The notes under the pieces were generated by a model that worked only from the letters and a program-made list of their open reading frames with translations, was not told the origin of the DNA and searched no databases. This document shows, piece by piece, positions 12,481-24,100 of a DNA stretch of 64,000 nt; position 1 is the first letter of the stretch, and each line of letters starts with the position of its first letter. The translations under genes and the position numbers were made by a program. The DNA is from Mobula hypostoma (taxonomy: Eukaryota), in assembly GCF_963921235.1 (NCBI RefSeq), contig NC_086114.1, forward strand, positions 36,084,001 to 36,148,000. The letters run 5' to 3'.

Positions 12481-13440
12481 AATGAGTTTAGTTGATTTTA
12501 GGTTACATGATTTAATGAAGTCCAAGGATCCTGATATGCCTGACAGTCTGCTGCTTCATCAGTATGTTAAGGAAAATTATCGTTAACCATTTTTACTAAT
12601 GGATCAAAAGAAGACATAACTGGAAACGCTGGTATGGTTGTTTTTGTGCCTGAATTACAGGTAACAATAAAGAAATCTCTTTCTAATCATTTATCAGTAT
12701 ATACAGCAGAATTCATTGCCATCATTTTGAGCTTACAGTGGGTGGAAGAAATTTGTCCTTGCAAAGTTGAAATTTGTTCAGATTCGTTTTTGGTTTTGAT
12801 TAATTTTAAAATAGGTCATTCTAGCAGTAGGTCAGATTTACTGATGGAAGCTCATCAAACTTTATTTTATATTCAAAGTATTGGTTTACATGTCCTTTTC
12901 TTATGGGTCCCTGCACATAGAGGTGCTGCGGGAAATGAGAGTTGATTGTTTGGCCAAAAATGCTGTTAAAAGTTCAACTGCGGATATAGACCTTCCACTT
13001 AGCAAATCAGAAGCTAAGGGGTTGGTGGGGTTAAGAATTAGGGGATTATGGCAAGACCTTTGGGGTAACAAGCACAAGGGGATTCACCTTTACAGAATAC
13101 ATAAAACTATTGGGTTGATGGGAGAAGGGGATAAACAGGAAGGGAAAGAATTATATTGACTCAACTTAACTGCTTAATTATCCCTTGTATCTTGTTGGAA
13201 AACTCTGGGGTGTGCAGGTTTTGTCATCGTTATCAAACTGTTGAACACATTCTTTTACAATGTGAAGCATATAAGGTTGAAGGAAAGCAAATGCATGTGG
13301 CATTACTATTTCTGGGGGGTGATAGTTTTCATTTAAAAACTTTACTAACTTATGGAAGTGACTTTAATTTAATTCACAATATTAATTCTTTCATTATTTA
13401 CAATCTATAGGACTTTTTGGGGTAATTTATTTTTTATTTG
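12480..13440 (+). mobile_element. RNase H-bearing non-LTR retrotransposon 3' fragment (I/Nimb-like clade)
   Basis: FTNGSK..G, SVYTAEFIAI, ICSDS, LWVPAHRG..GNE..DCLAK RNase H motifs across frameshifts, then a CCHC knuckle CRFC...TVEHILLQC. Confidence 0.8.
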
Positions 13441-13446
13441 ACAAAG

Positions 13447-14135
13447 ACCATAAGACATAAGACGTAGGAGCAGAATTGGGCCATCTGGTCTATCGAGTCT
13501 GCTCCACCATTCAATCATGGCTGATCCTTTTTTCTATCTCCTCCTCAACCCCAGTTCCTGGCCATCTCCCCATAACCTTAGATGCTATGTCCAATCAAGA
13601 ACCTATCAATCTCTGCCTTAAATACACCCAATGACCTGGCCTCCACAGCTGCATTTGGCAACAAATTCCACAAATTCACCACCCTTTGGCTAAAGAAATT
13701 TCTCCACATCTCTGTTTTGAAAGGGCGCCCCTCTATCCTGAGGCTGTGTCCTCCTGTCCTAGACTCCCCCACCATCCACTCTTTCTAGGCCTCTCAACAT
13801 TTGAAAGGTTTCATTGAGATCCCCCTCATCCTTCTGAATTCCAGTGAGTACAGACCCAGAGCCATCAAACGTTCCTTGTATGATAACCCTTTCAATCCAG
13901 GAATCATCCTTGTGAACCTCCTCTGCACCTTCTCCAATGCCAGCGCATCCTTTCTAAGATGAGGGGCCCAAAACTGTTCACAATACCCAAGGTGAGGCCT
14001 CACCAGTGCCTTATAAAGCCTCAGCATCACATCCTTGCTCTTGTATTCTAGACCTCTTGAAATGAATACTAACATTGCATTTGCCTTCCTCACCACCAAG
14101 TTAACCTTCAGGGTGTTCTGCACAAGGTCTCCCAA
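13447..14135 (-). mobile_element. CR1 LINE 3' fragment
   Basis: KANAML..ISRG, LYKALVRPHL.YC.QFW, TGGHSLRI, FFSQRVVNLWN; (tcttatg)n tail. Confidence 0.9.
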
Positions 14136-14329
14136 GATCGGTAAACACAAAGTACTCTGCAGATGCTGGGGTCAAAGCAACACTCCTTGAGTGTCTTTAA
14201 AATCTCTCCCCTCTCTCACCTAAAATCTATGCCCTCTAGTTTTTGATCCCCTCTGCCAGGAGTGGAGGCGGGGTGGGGGGGGCGGTGGGGAGGGAGGAAG
14301 ACGAGCAAATGTAACGTGCTTGTTGATAT

Positions 14330-14450
14330 TGCCTGAACGTGCCAGGATAGTGGAGAAACGTCCCAGGTGTTTCTGGGGCATTGCTAAAGTTCGTCTTTCC
14401 GTCTCTATAGGCGCCTCCGACAGTGCAGCACTCTCGTAATACTTTCAGCG
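14330..14450 (-). mobile_element. Deu-domain SINE remnant upstream of PLAC9
   Basis: Minus strand gagtgctgcactgtcggaggcgcc....gacggaaagacg resembles the DeuSINE/AmnSINE1 central domain as I recall it. Confidence 0.5.
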
Positions 14451-14897
14451 CAAATTTCATATTAGGAACAACTTAAGTAAAAATATTCTTTTAATCTCCC
14501 AACTCCGATCTCAGGATCTTATGGCATTCCTCGGGCAAAAATATCCAGGGCTGAGGTTGCCAAGAGAGACGCTCTAATTCATCACAAGCAGCGCCGTTGG
14601 ATTGGCGAGTTCCCTCGAGTGCAAATGAGCATTCATTACTGAACACTGAGTTACTATCAGAAGTTTCCAGTCCTGTTACAATCAAAATAAAACCCGAGGA
14701 GTGAATAAAGCCACAGAGGGAGTGGTTAGTGACTTGCACCACCAGAGCTCGCAATTTAAAAGGAAGGGCGCAGTTTGGAGCAGGAATCAAGAAAATATTC
14801 AGTGTAAATCTCTCTCTCTTCCTGCCAGCTCCGTTCTCTCGGATTCTGGAGCAAGTGACAGGTCGACGGAACCCTAAATCGCCGTTAACGTCACAAA

Positions 14898-14955
14898 ATG
14901 CGCGCCGTGTGGGCTGTAGCTGGGATATTGCTGATGTTTGGACGGACGCGGGCCG
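14898..14955 (+). CDS. PLAC9: PLAC9 exon 1 (signal peptide)
   Basis: aaaATG then MRAVWAVAGILLMFGRTRA + G, GTAGGT donor at 14956, inside a CpG-rich region. Hydrophobic signal-peptide-like sequence; phase 1 matches exon 2. Confidence 0.82.
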
Positions 14956-15669
14956 GTAGGTGTGCCGCCGTTTCGCTTTGAGGATTCTCCGGGTGTTTCG
15001 GAGTTTTTCGTCGTTTATTTATTCCAGTTATAACTTATTCCAATTTTGGCGAGGAGATATTTTAGGTGAAGAAAAGAAATTTTCGGTTAGCGAGAGCCTA
15101 ATGCAGTCAGGATAAAGAAGAGGAGAAAGGGATTGATATCTGGAATTCTGAGACTGAAGGTACAGGGGACTAGAGGGGATCCGGTTGGAAGAGGAAAAAG
15201 AAATCCCAAGGGGGAAGGAAGCAGACCTATGGAGAGGGGAATGAGACAGGGGCGGGGTGGTGGAAGATAATAAACCGCCACACACTCTCTCCCAATCATC
15301 TAACCTCACTCTACCTGGGGTGACTGATGGTTAACAGAGATTCGCCAATTTAATGAGAGGTAGATTCCAGGTCTCTTAAAGTGTTGGATTCCTCTGGGTT
15401 CAGAACTGCCCAGGACAGAAATGAAGCCCTGTGACTGGACTGAATATTGTGCTGGTTTCTCTGCCGCACCTACTGGTGGCGAAAGTCAATTTTTATTTTT
15501 CCTACTTCTGGGGTTATTTTTCAGCGTTTAATGCTGATTGCAAAATCGTCCACAATTTTTAAATTATCATTTCATTGCAATACAGTACATATCTATTATT
15601 TTCTACCACCAGGACGTTCGCAAAGCCGTGTTACATTTTTTCCGTAACATTAATATGTTCCTTAAGATT

Positions 15670-16216
15670 GTTATAGCTGGGGTAGTAATGGCGACAAGCT
15701 CCCACCACCTATTAAGTGCTCCCAATGAAGCCTCAAATAGCCTCTGACAATCAAGTGCAGCTCCTGGCTTTCACGTGTGGCTTAGCTACCAATCCTGGCA
15801 GAACCGTTCTACTGAGAGAAGGGGCAAAGACGGGTTACTGATGCCTTAAAACCAGTCGTTTCGGGCAGATGGGGCTCGTCAGCCGTGATTAGGAGCTCAT
15901 CTAGGAGAATGAAACCTTTGACCTCAAACCTCCGCTGCTTTGTGGGGGTAGCAACTCATGGGGAAGGCTTCGGGAGTAAACCCCGAGGGAAAAATCCGGA
16001 GCTGGAGCCCCTGAGGCAGTCCAACGCTTAGGTCAGTGCTGGCCAGCAACTGCTACGACGCTGCTGGTACCAGACTGTATCTATCGGTCTCTGCCGTTCC
16101 TTTACCTTCATCAGATGCGGGGGTGTTTTGCTTGCTCTCCGCATTGTGCTGCCCAGGCTTGCGTATCTAGACAGCTAGGACACAATATCCATGGCCAACT
16201 CTGACCAACGGAGGCC
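15670..16216 (+). mobile_element. Non-autonomous retroposon, possibly RTE-related
   Basis: Homologous to 12122-12480; relatively CpG-rich; no long ORF. Confidence 0.55.
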
Positions 16217-16569
16217 ATCGCCTCAATATAAAACATTTTATGGTCAATCAGATACGCGTGCCAGCTCTGCCGTTTGTATTTTGAGGACGCCTATTGTGAT
16301 CTGGTGGACAATCCACTGCTTTTAATTGCCTTTCCCACCTCCCTGGCTTGACGTTGGCGAACAGAGCCCTCTGGCGTTAAACCTGATGCACTGTTGTGAA
16401 ACTCTTGACCTGTTTTCCAGTAAATTATCCCAAATCTGGAGATCGCAAGGGTGACTGCGTACTTAGTTCATTGGTCGGCATGGTCGTGATGGGCCGAAGA
16501 GCCAGTTTCACTGCTCTAACACTCTTTGATGACAAAGCAATCGCTTCATCACAGACTCTCGTCTGCCTT

Positions 16570-16790
16570 GTTTAAAGTCTTGCAACATGGAGACAGTTCC
16601 TTCGACCCAATTTAACCATGCTGATCGAGATGCCTATTAAAGCTACTACTATTTTGCTTATCTTTGGCCCATATCCTGCTAAATCTTTCCCGTCCATGTT
16701 CCTGTCCAAGTGACTTTTGAATGTTGCTATTGTAAATGCCTCAACCACTTCCTCTGGTAGCTTGTTCCACATAGGGACCACCCTCTGAGT
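16570..16790 (-). mobile_element. CR1 3' end fragment
   Basis: WNKLPEEVVEA.TIATFK.HLDR.M, the CR1 ORF2 C-terminus. Confidence 0.75.
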
Positions 16791-17224
16791 GAGGAAATTC
16801 GCTGAAAGAAAAATGCATTGGTTGTTGGAAATCTGAACAAAAATGAAAGAGTGTTCAACACCCTCAGGAATTAAGTTAGCATCTAGACAGATAATGATTC
16901 TTCATCAGACATTTTCTAAGCGTGTCTAAAGGTAGTTTGTTAAAAGAGTTAAGATCCAAACTAGGACTTCCCAAGTTCACTCCTTGTCCAGCGATTTACC
17001 CAAGGACTGCCCAAAAACTAAGCAGAGGCCAAAAAGATCTTTAAAAAATCAGGAAATAACATAAATGTGTGTTTTTTTTTAGTTGCTTTGCTAAGTGATT
17101 GTCAGCATAGTTTCCACTTCCAATAGTCCAACTCTTCTCTGAATGTTCCTTCCCCATTTTGGAATACAGACTTTCTTTATTGGGGCCCATGAACATCATC
17201 ATTCACCATCAACATAAGAATAGA

Positions 17225-17312
17225 CAAAGACTCCTCCAGTCAGAATGGAGACCTCAGGCAAAGACTCCTCCAGTCAGAATAGAGACCTCAGGCAAAGACT
17301 CCTCCAGTCAGA
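17225..17312 (+). repeat. 34-bp tandem repeat, ~2.6 copies
   Basis: caaagactcctccagtcagaat(g/a)gagacctcagg starting at 17225, 17259 and 17293. Confidence 0.9.
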
Positions 17313-17789
17313 TCCACACAGAAATCATATTCTTTCCATCACAATAAATATTTTCCACCTTGACCCAAAACCAGAACCTCCTGTCAGAGGCAGAGCAAAA
17401 GTATAAAACTGCTTGCTAAATCGGGGGATTAGAAAGATCAAGGAAATTTCTTTCTGACCCATTTCAGGTGTCCAGAACCAAACTAGATCACTCTGGTCCT
17501 TAAATTTCATGGAGGAGTTTAGTGCAGCTAATCATCCAAGATTATTAGGGAATCTCCTGGAATTAAATATCCAGTAAATCCTGAGAGCAAATGCAGAAGT
17601 GAATACTCTCACAGTCAGTGGTAAATCTCAAATTGCTGGTTGCATTTGCCCTGAATTGTGAGATGGGAACAGGCTGGATGTTGTAAAAGAAATTCAGAGT
17701 TTAAAGGGTGGTCCTCCTCACAATCTGAAAATCATAGCATGAAGCCAATGTCTAATTCAAAATCAGGATTATTATCACTGTCTGCATCT

Positions 17790-18985
17790 ACAGCACTACA
17801 TCTGCAGCTTGCTACCACCCACACTAGACCCCCTACAATTCGCCTATCAACACAGCCGATCGACAGATGTTGCAATAGCCACTGCTATACATACCATCCT
17901 TACACATCTGGAGAAGAAGGATGCTTATGTGAGAATGCTGTTCTTGGACTACAGTTCAGCATTCAACACAGTAATTCCCTCCAGGCTCAGAGACCTCAGC
18001 CTTAACCCTGCCTTGTGCAGATGGATCCTGGACTTCCTGTCAGATCACCGGCAGGTAGTAAGAGTGGGCTCCCTCACTTCTGCCCCTCTGACCCTCAACA
18101 CAGGTGCCCCTCAGGGCTGTGTACTAAGCCCCCTCCTTTACTCTCTGTATACCCATGACTGTGTTGCCACCCACAGCTCCAATCTGCTAATTAAGTACTA
18201 CATTGGTATTGGCCTAATCTCAAATGATAACGAGGCAGCCTACAGAGAAGAAGTCATCACACTGGTGTCAAGAAAACAACCTCTCCCTCAATGTCGCAAA
18301 AAAGAAAGGAGCTGGTTGTGGACTACAGGAGGAACGGAGACAAGCTAACCCCTATTGACATCAATGGATCTGGGATTGAGACGGTGAACAGCTTTAAGTT
18401 GCTCACCATACACATCACTGAGAATCTCACGTGGTCTGTACATACCGGCTGTGTCATGAAAGAAGCACAACTGAACCTCTTTCATCTCATATGGTTGAAG
18501 ACGTTTAGCATGAGTCCCCAAATCCTAAGAACTTTCTACAGGGGCACAATTGAGAGCATCCTGACTGGCTTCATCACTGGGAACTGTACCTCCCTTAATC
18601 GCAGGACTCTGCAGAGGGTGGTGCAGACAGCCCAGCGCATCTGTAGATGTGAACTTCCCACTATTCGGGACATTTACAGAGACAGGTGTGTGAAAAGGGC
18701 CTGAAGGACCATTGGGGACCTGAGTCACCCCAACCACAAACTGTTCCAGCTGCTACCATCTGGGAAACAGTACTGCAGTATTAAAGCCAGAACCAACAGG
18801 CTCTGGGACAGCTTCTTCCACCAGTCAGACTGATTAATTCATGCTGATACAATTGTATTTCTATGCTCTATTGACTGTTGTACATACTATTTATTACAAA
18901 TTACTGTAAATTGCACATTCAGATGGAGATGTAATGTAATGATATTTATTCATGTATGTGAAGGATGTATGAAATAAAGTAAATT
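17790..18985 (+). mobile_element. Rex1/Babar LINE, 5'-truncated RT
   Basis: [47 protein letters not shown]; frameshifted; AT-rich tail with aataaa. Confidence 0.9.
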
Positions 18986-18989
18986 CAAT

Positions 18990-19410
18990 GTCTTACTATT
19001 GTCTGCCTGTTATGCTGCTGACATTTTGGACATCAATAGAGGTCCTCCATCTTGGGTGCTGCTCAGGGCTTCCTTCATTGTGTCAGTAGTTTCCTCTCAG
19101 TTTTCACTACTGTCAGTCATGCAAGTCCTGGGTGGAGACTCAGGAATACCATCACACTCAAATGTAGAAGGATTCTTCATTGCTGTTTCATTAACAATTT
19201 TGTTTTACCTGTCATGGTTGTTAGCTCCGTGCTGAATCCCTGAACCTGGAGAACCGGTAGACCACCCTTAGTCAGTCCTCTACCCTTTCACCTGTTTGGC
19301 ACGAGTGACCCTACCAAGTGCCAAAGTATAAAGTCCTGACTCCAGCCAAAATAGCACTCCGGGTCATTGAGACACACAAGCCTCCAAATCCTATGACAAA
19401 TTTGTGGTCC
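18990..19410. mobile_element. Probable RTE-related non-autonomous element
   Basis: ccctgaacctggagaaccgg...ctctaccctttcacctgtttggc...gaccctacc resembles RTE 5'UTR-derived repeats. Confidence 0.35.
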
Positions 19411-19974
19411 TATAAGATGTAAAACTTGTTTTGTGACAACATTTTGTTGCAGTGTGACCCACGTGCTATTTTACAATGTCCTGCACGATTTTTCACTACT
19501 TACGCTGGGCAACTTCAAGTCGAATGAAAGCCTGAGATTCTGCGGTGATCTGCCTGCCATCTGCCCTTTTGGCCTCCACATTTCTTGGATTTCAGCACCA
19601 TGCCGGACAGGTGTGGAAGTTGATGCTTCTCTCTGTCACTCTGCAGCGAGGCTCAGACTGAGCGTAGTGGTGGACCACTGAGAGGGTGAAGACGCCCACA
19701 TGCAGTGACCCCATTCATTTGGGTTGAGTTGCTCAGCCTGTGAATGGAGGTAATGATGGCAAGTGCTTGAGTCATTTCACCTTATTTCAAAGGGTCATAG
19801 AGTGCCAGAGAGATATAAAATACTAAACAGGCTTACAGCCCACCAAGTCCACATTAACCATCAAACACTCACATACACTAGTCCTACATTAATCCCATTT
19901 TCAGTTCTCCCCCACCAGCTCCAATCTGCTTGCTCATCTACAGAACAGTGGTCAATTAACCTTCAAAACCATTT

Positions 19975-20435
19975 AGAAACATAGAAAAGCTACAGTGCAA
20001 TACAGGCCCTTCGGCCCACAAAGCTGTGCCGAACATGTCCTTACCTTAGAACTACTAGGCTTACCCATAGCCCTCTATTTTTCTAAGCTCCATGTACCTA
20101 TCCAGGAGTCTCTTAAAAGACCCCATCATTTCCGCCTCCACCACCACTGCTGGCACCACTCTCTGCATAAAAAACTTACCCCTGACATCTTCTCTTTACC
20201 TACTTCCAAGCACCTTAAAACTATGCCCTTTCAGCCCTGGTAAAAAGCCTCTGACTATCCACACGATCAATGCCTCTCATTACTTTGTACACCTCTATCA
20301 GGTCACCTCTCATCCTCCGTCACTCCAAGGAGAAAAGGCCAAATTCACTCAACTTACTCTCATAAGGCATGCTCCCAAATCCAGGCAACAGCCTTATAAA
20401 TCTCCTCTGCACCCTTTCTATGGTTTCCACATCCA
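19975..20435 (-). mobile_element. CR1 3' fragment
   Basis: Reverse complement of the same CR1 tail family as 54900-55425 (tagaaacatagaaa..cagtgcaatacaggcccttcggcccaca). Confidence 0.85.
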
Positions 20436-21147
20436 TTTATCATTGGAATCTGTGCTGAGAGAATACGCAAACGGCACAAAGACAACCCTGGAGGTCAGGA
20501 TTGAACCCAAGTCTCTGGTGCTAAAAATACTACTATGAAGTATTTTATCAAAATATTTCTGAAAAGTCAGATGCAGAACATCAGCCTCACATTCAATTTA
20601 ACCATGTGTAGGTCTTGAAGGTTTCTCTATATCCCATGTAATCATCCAAATTAGGGTGTTTGGTAGATTGTTTCTTAACATGTATTGAACCTAAACATGC
20701 TAATGCTAAATGTTTGCAATGCCTTGTACTCAGAAGAAAAGTCACAGTCAGGAACCTGATTTGCTGCTGGAAATGGCTTAGTCATTCTATATGGATGATT
20801 TGTTCTCTTGGTGATCTGCAGTAAACACTGTAGAGCTGCAGCACCACCCCACTCATGTCATTTTTAATCTAACACATTGTGATAAAAACAGGACCCTACT
20901 GGTGAAAGCTCCATTGACCAAAAACATTACCTCTATTCCAAGCCCATTGACACTGTTCAACGCACTGAGTATTTCCAGTTTTTTCTGCGTTTATTTCAGA
21001 TTTCCAGTATCTGCCAAATTTTACTTGTGTGATTTACTGAGAGTTCGGTGATTGGTGATTCAGTAAACTTGGTAGTTTCACCCTTTACAAGATGGTGTAT
21101 AAGATGATGAAAGGCAATGATTGTGTGGATAGCCAGAGGGTTTTTCC

Positions 21148-24100
21148 TTTCTTTTCAAATCTTTTTATTGTTATATTATACAGGAAAAATAACATGAGTA
21201 CATTAAAGTAACAACACTTACAATGTCTCAAAAAAGACATTATCTTAAAGATTGAAAAAAAATTGTGGTAACAAAAAAAACCTACTAAGCAGGAAAGTGA
21301 GAAAAAAAAAGAACCCATTAGGCGTACAACCCCGCAGCCATGCGTCATACAAAAAGCTTCTAAAAATAAACATCAAACCGCCAGCAAGAAAAGAAAATAT
21401 ACTAAAAAATTTACAATTAGATCATGGAAAAATTATATCAATTAACTCAAATGATAATAACAAGCAAATGAGCCCCATCTTTTCTCAAAATCAAATAAAG
21501 GTTCAAAGGTTCTACTTCTAATTTTCTCCAAACTAAGACATAGCATCATTTGAGAGAACCATTGTGACCAAGTGGGAGCTGATGTATCCTTCCACTTCAA
21601 CAAAATGGCCCTCCTAGCTATCAATGTAACAAATGCAATAACATGTTGGTCAGACACAGAAATACCATGAATACTTTGAGGAATTATTCCAAAAAGCACA
21701 GTTAATTTATTAGGTTGTAAATTAATTTTAAGTGCTTTAGAAATTGTTGAAAAAAACGACTTCCAGAACTGTTCTAATATAGAACAAGACCAAAACATAT
21801 GTGTTAGTGTAGCTATCTCAGTTTAACATCTATCATAATGACTATCAACATTAGAAAAGATTTTAGGAAGTCTCTCCTTTGTCAAATGATAATGATGTAC
21901 AATTTTAAATTGAATCAATGAATGGCTAGCACAAATTGAAGAAGAGTTAACCAACTTCAATATCCGCATCCAATCCTCCGTCATAAAAGTCAAATTAAGT
22001 TCCTTTTCCCAATCCTGTTTAATCTTAGATAAAGGACGCTTATCCCATTGTAATAATAAATTATAAATTCTTCCAATAGAACCCTTAATCAAAGGATTCA
22101 TACTCATAATAGTATCTAACAGGTCAGCTGCCAATATGTAAGGAAAATTACTTAAATATTTTTGTAAAAAATGTCTAACTTGAAGGTATTGCAGAAAGTG
22201 TGAGTATGAAAGAGAATATTTATCAATTAATTGTTCAAAAGACATCAATCTATCTTCTTTAAATAAATCCAAAAAAGAATTAATACCTTTATTTTTCCAA
22301 AGTAAAAAAATTGGATCACTCAAAGAAGGCTTAAAAAAGTAATTTCGGTAAATTAAACTACAAAGTTTAAATTTTTTAAGATTAAAAAAATTGCAGAATT
22401 GGAGCCAAATTTGTTAAGAAAACTTACTCACAGCATATAGGTTTAAATTAACAACTTTAACTAATTGCATAGGTAAAGGAGCTCCCAATAACAAAGTTAA
22501 ATAAAACTGTTTCACAACTTTCAGTTCCAGGTCGACCCAAATTGGCTGATCACTCTTATCAACCCAGTATAACCAAAAAGACATATATCACACATTAATA
22601 GCCCAATAATACATTCTTAGATTAGGCAAAGCAAGACCTCCATCCTTTTTCAATTTTTGTAAATGACATTTACTAATTCTTGGTCTTTTATTATTCCAAA
22701 TAAAAGTTAAAATAATAGAATCAATCCGATCAAAAAACTTCCTAGTCAATAAAACAGGAATATTCTGAAATAAATATAAAAATTTCAGTAAAATCATCAT
22801 TTTAACTGTATGAATATGACCAACAAGTGAAAATGTAAGTGGACTCCATCTACTAAATAAATACTTCATAGAGTCTACTAAGGGAACAAATTGGCTTTAT
22901 AAAGATCCTTATATTTTTTAGTGATTATAATACCTAGATATCAAAAGAGTCTGTAATTTTAAAAGGAGTATTATCATATATAGAGACAGAATCATTTAAA
23001 AGAAATGATTCACTTTTACTAAAATTTATTTTATATCCTGAAAAACCTCCAAATTCATTAAATAATTTTAACAGGGCAGGAATGGATTCGTCAAGGTTAG
23101 ATATATAAACCAATAAATCATCAGTGCAAAGAGAGACCTTATGCACGCTCTCTTTCACAAAAATCCCATGGATTTTTTAGCCTCACGAAGAGCAATAGCA
23201 AGGAGTTCTAATATTAAATTAAACAAAGGACTTAATGGACAGCCTTGCCTTGTCCCCTGTGAAAGCTGAAAAAAAGACCTACAATTGTTAGTGACAACAG
23301 TGGCAATAGGGGCTTTATATATCATTTTAATCCAATTATTAAAATTAGCATCAAAGCCAAATTTCTCTAAAACATTGAATAAATATTTCCATTCGACTTG
23401 GTCGAACGCTTTTTCAGTATTCAAAGATACAACACATTGCGGAGTTTTAAAAGAGGACGAATATATAATGTTAAATAGTCTCCGAACATTTGAAAAAGAA
23501 TAGCGACCCTTTATAAAGCCCGTTTGATCTTTAAAAATAATTTTACCCAAAATATTCTCCAACTGATTGGCCATTATCTTTGACAAAATCTTCGCGTCGA
23601 CATTCAGTAATGAAATAGGTCTAAATGAAGCACAGTCAGTAGGATCTTTATCTTTTTTAAGAATTAAAGAAATAGAAGCCTCATCAAAAGTAGAGGGTAA
23701 GTCACCTTTCACAAAAGAATCCTAAAACATTTCCAACATATATGGAGAAAGCAACTTTCCAAATTTTTTATAAAATTCTACAGGATAGCCATCAAGTCCT
23801 GGGGATTTACCAGATTGCATTGAAAAAATAGCTTCATGAATTTCGGCTTCAGTAATTTGAGCATTGAGAGTTTTTTGATCCTCAGCCGAGATTTTAGGAA
23901 AAACAATCTTTCGTAAAAAAAGCATTCATTTCAGTGGTATCTAATGGACATTGAGATTTATAAAGCTCAGCCTAAAAATCTTGAAAAATCTTATTAATTT
24001 CTTCATATTCCTGAGCTAAGGTACCATCTCTCCTATGAATTTTCATAATTTGCCTTTTGGCTGCAGCCATTTTTAATTGAGATACAAGCAGTTTATTATT

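Larger units (their letters stand above)
14300..15020 (+). promoter_or_regulatory. CpG-enriched promoter/5' region of PLAC9
   Basis: Local CpG enrichment against a CpG-depleted background; GATTGG (reverse CCAAT) near 14600; leads into the signal-peptide exon. Confidence 0.6.

Noticed and set aside
19647-19750. Candidate extra PLAC9 exon after ctctgcag
   Set aside because: In the phase required by exon 1 it reaches TGA after ~11 codons, and exon 1 joins 29385 in frame.
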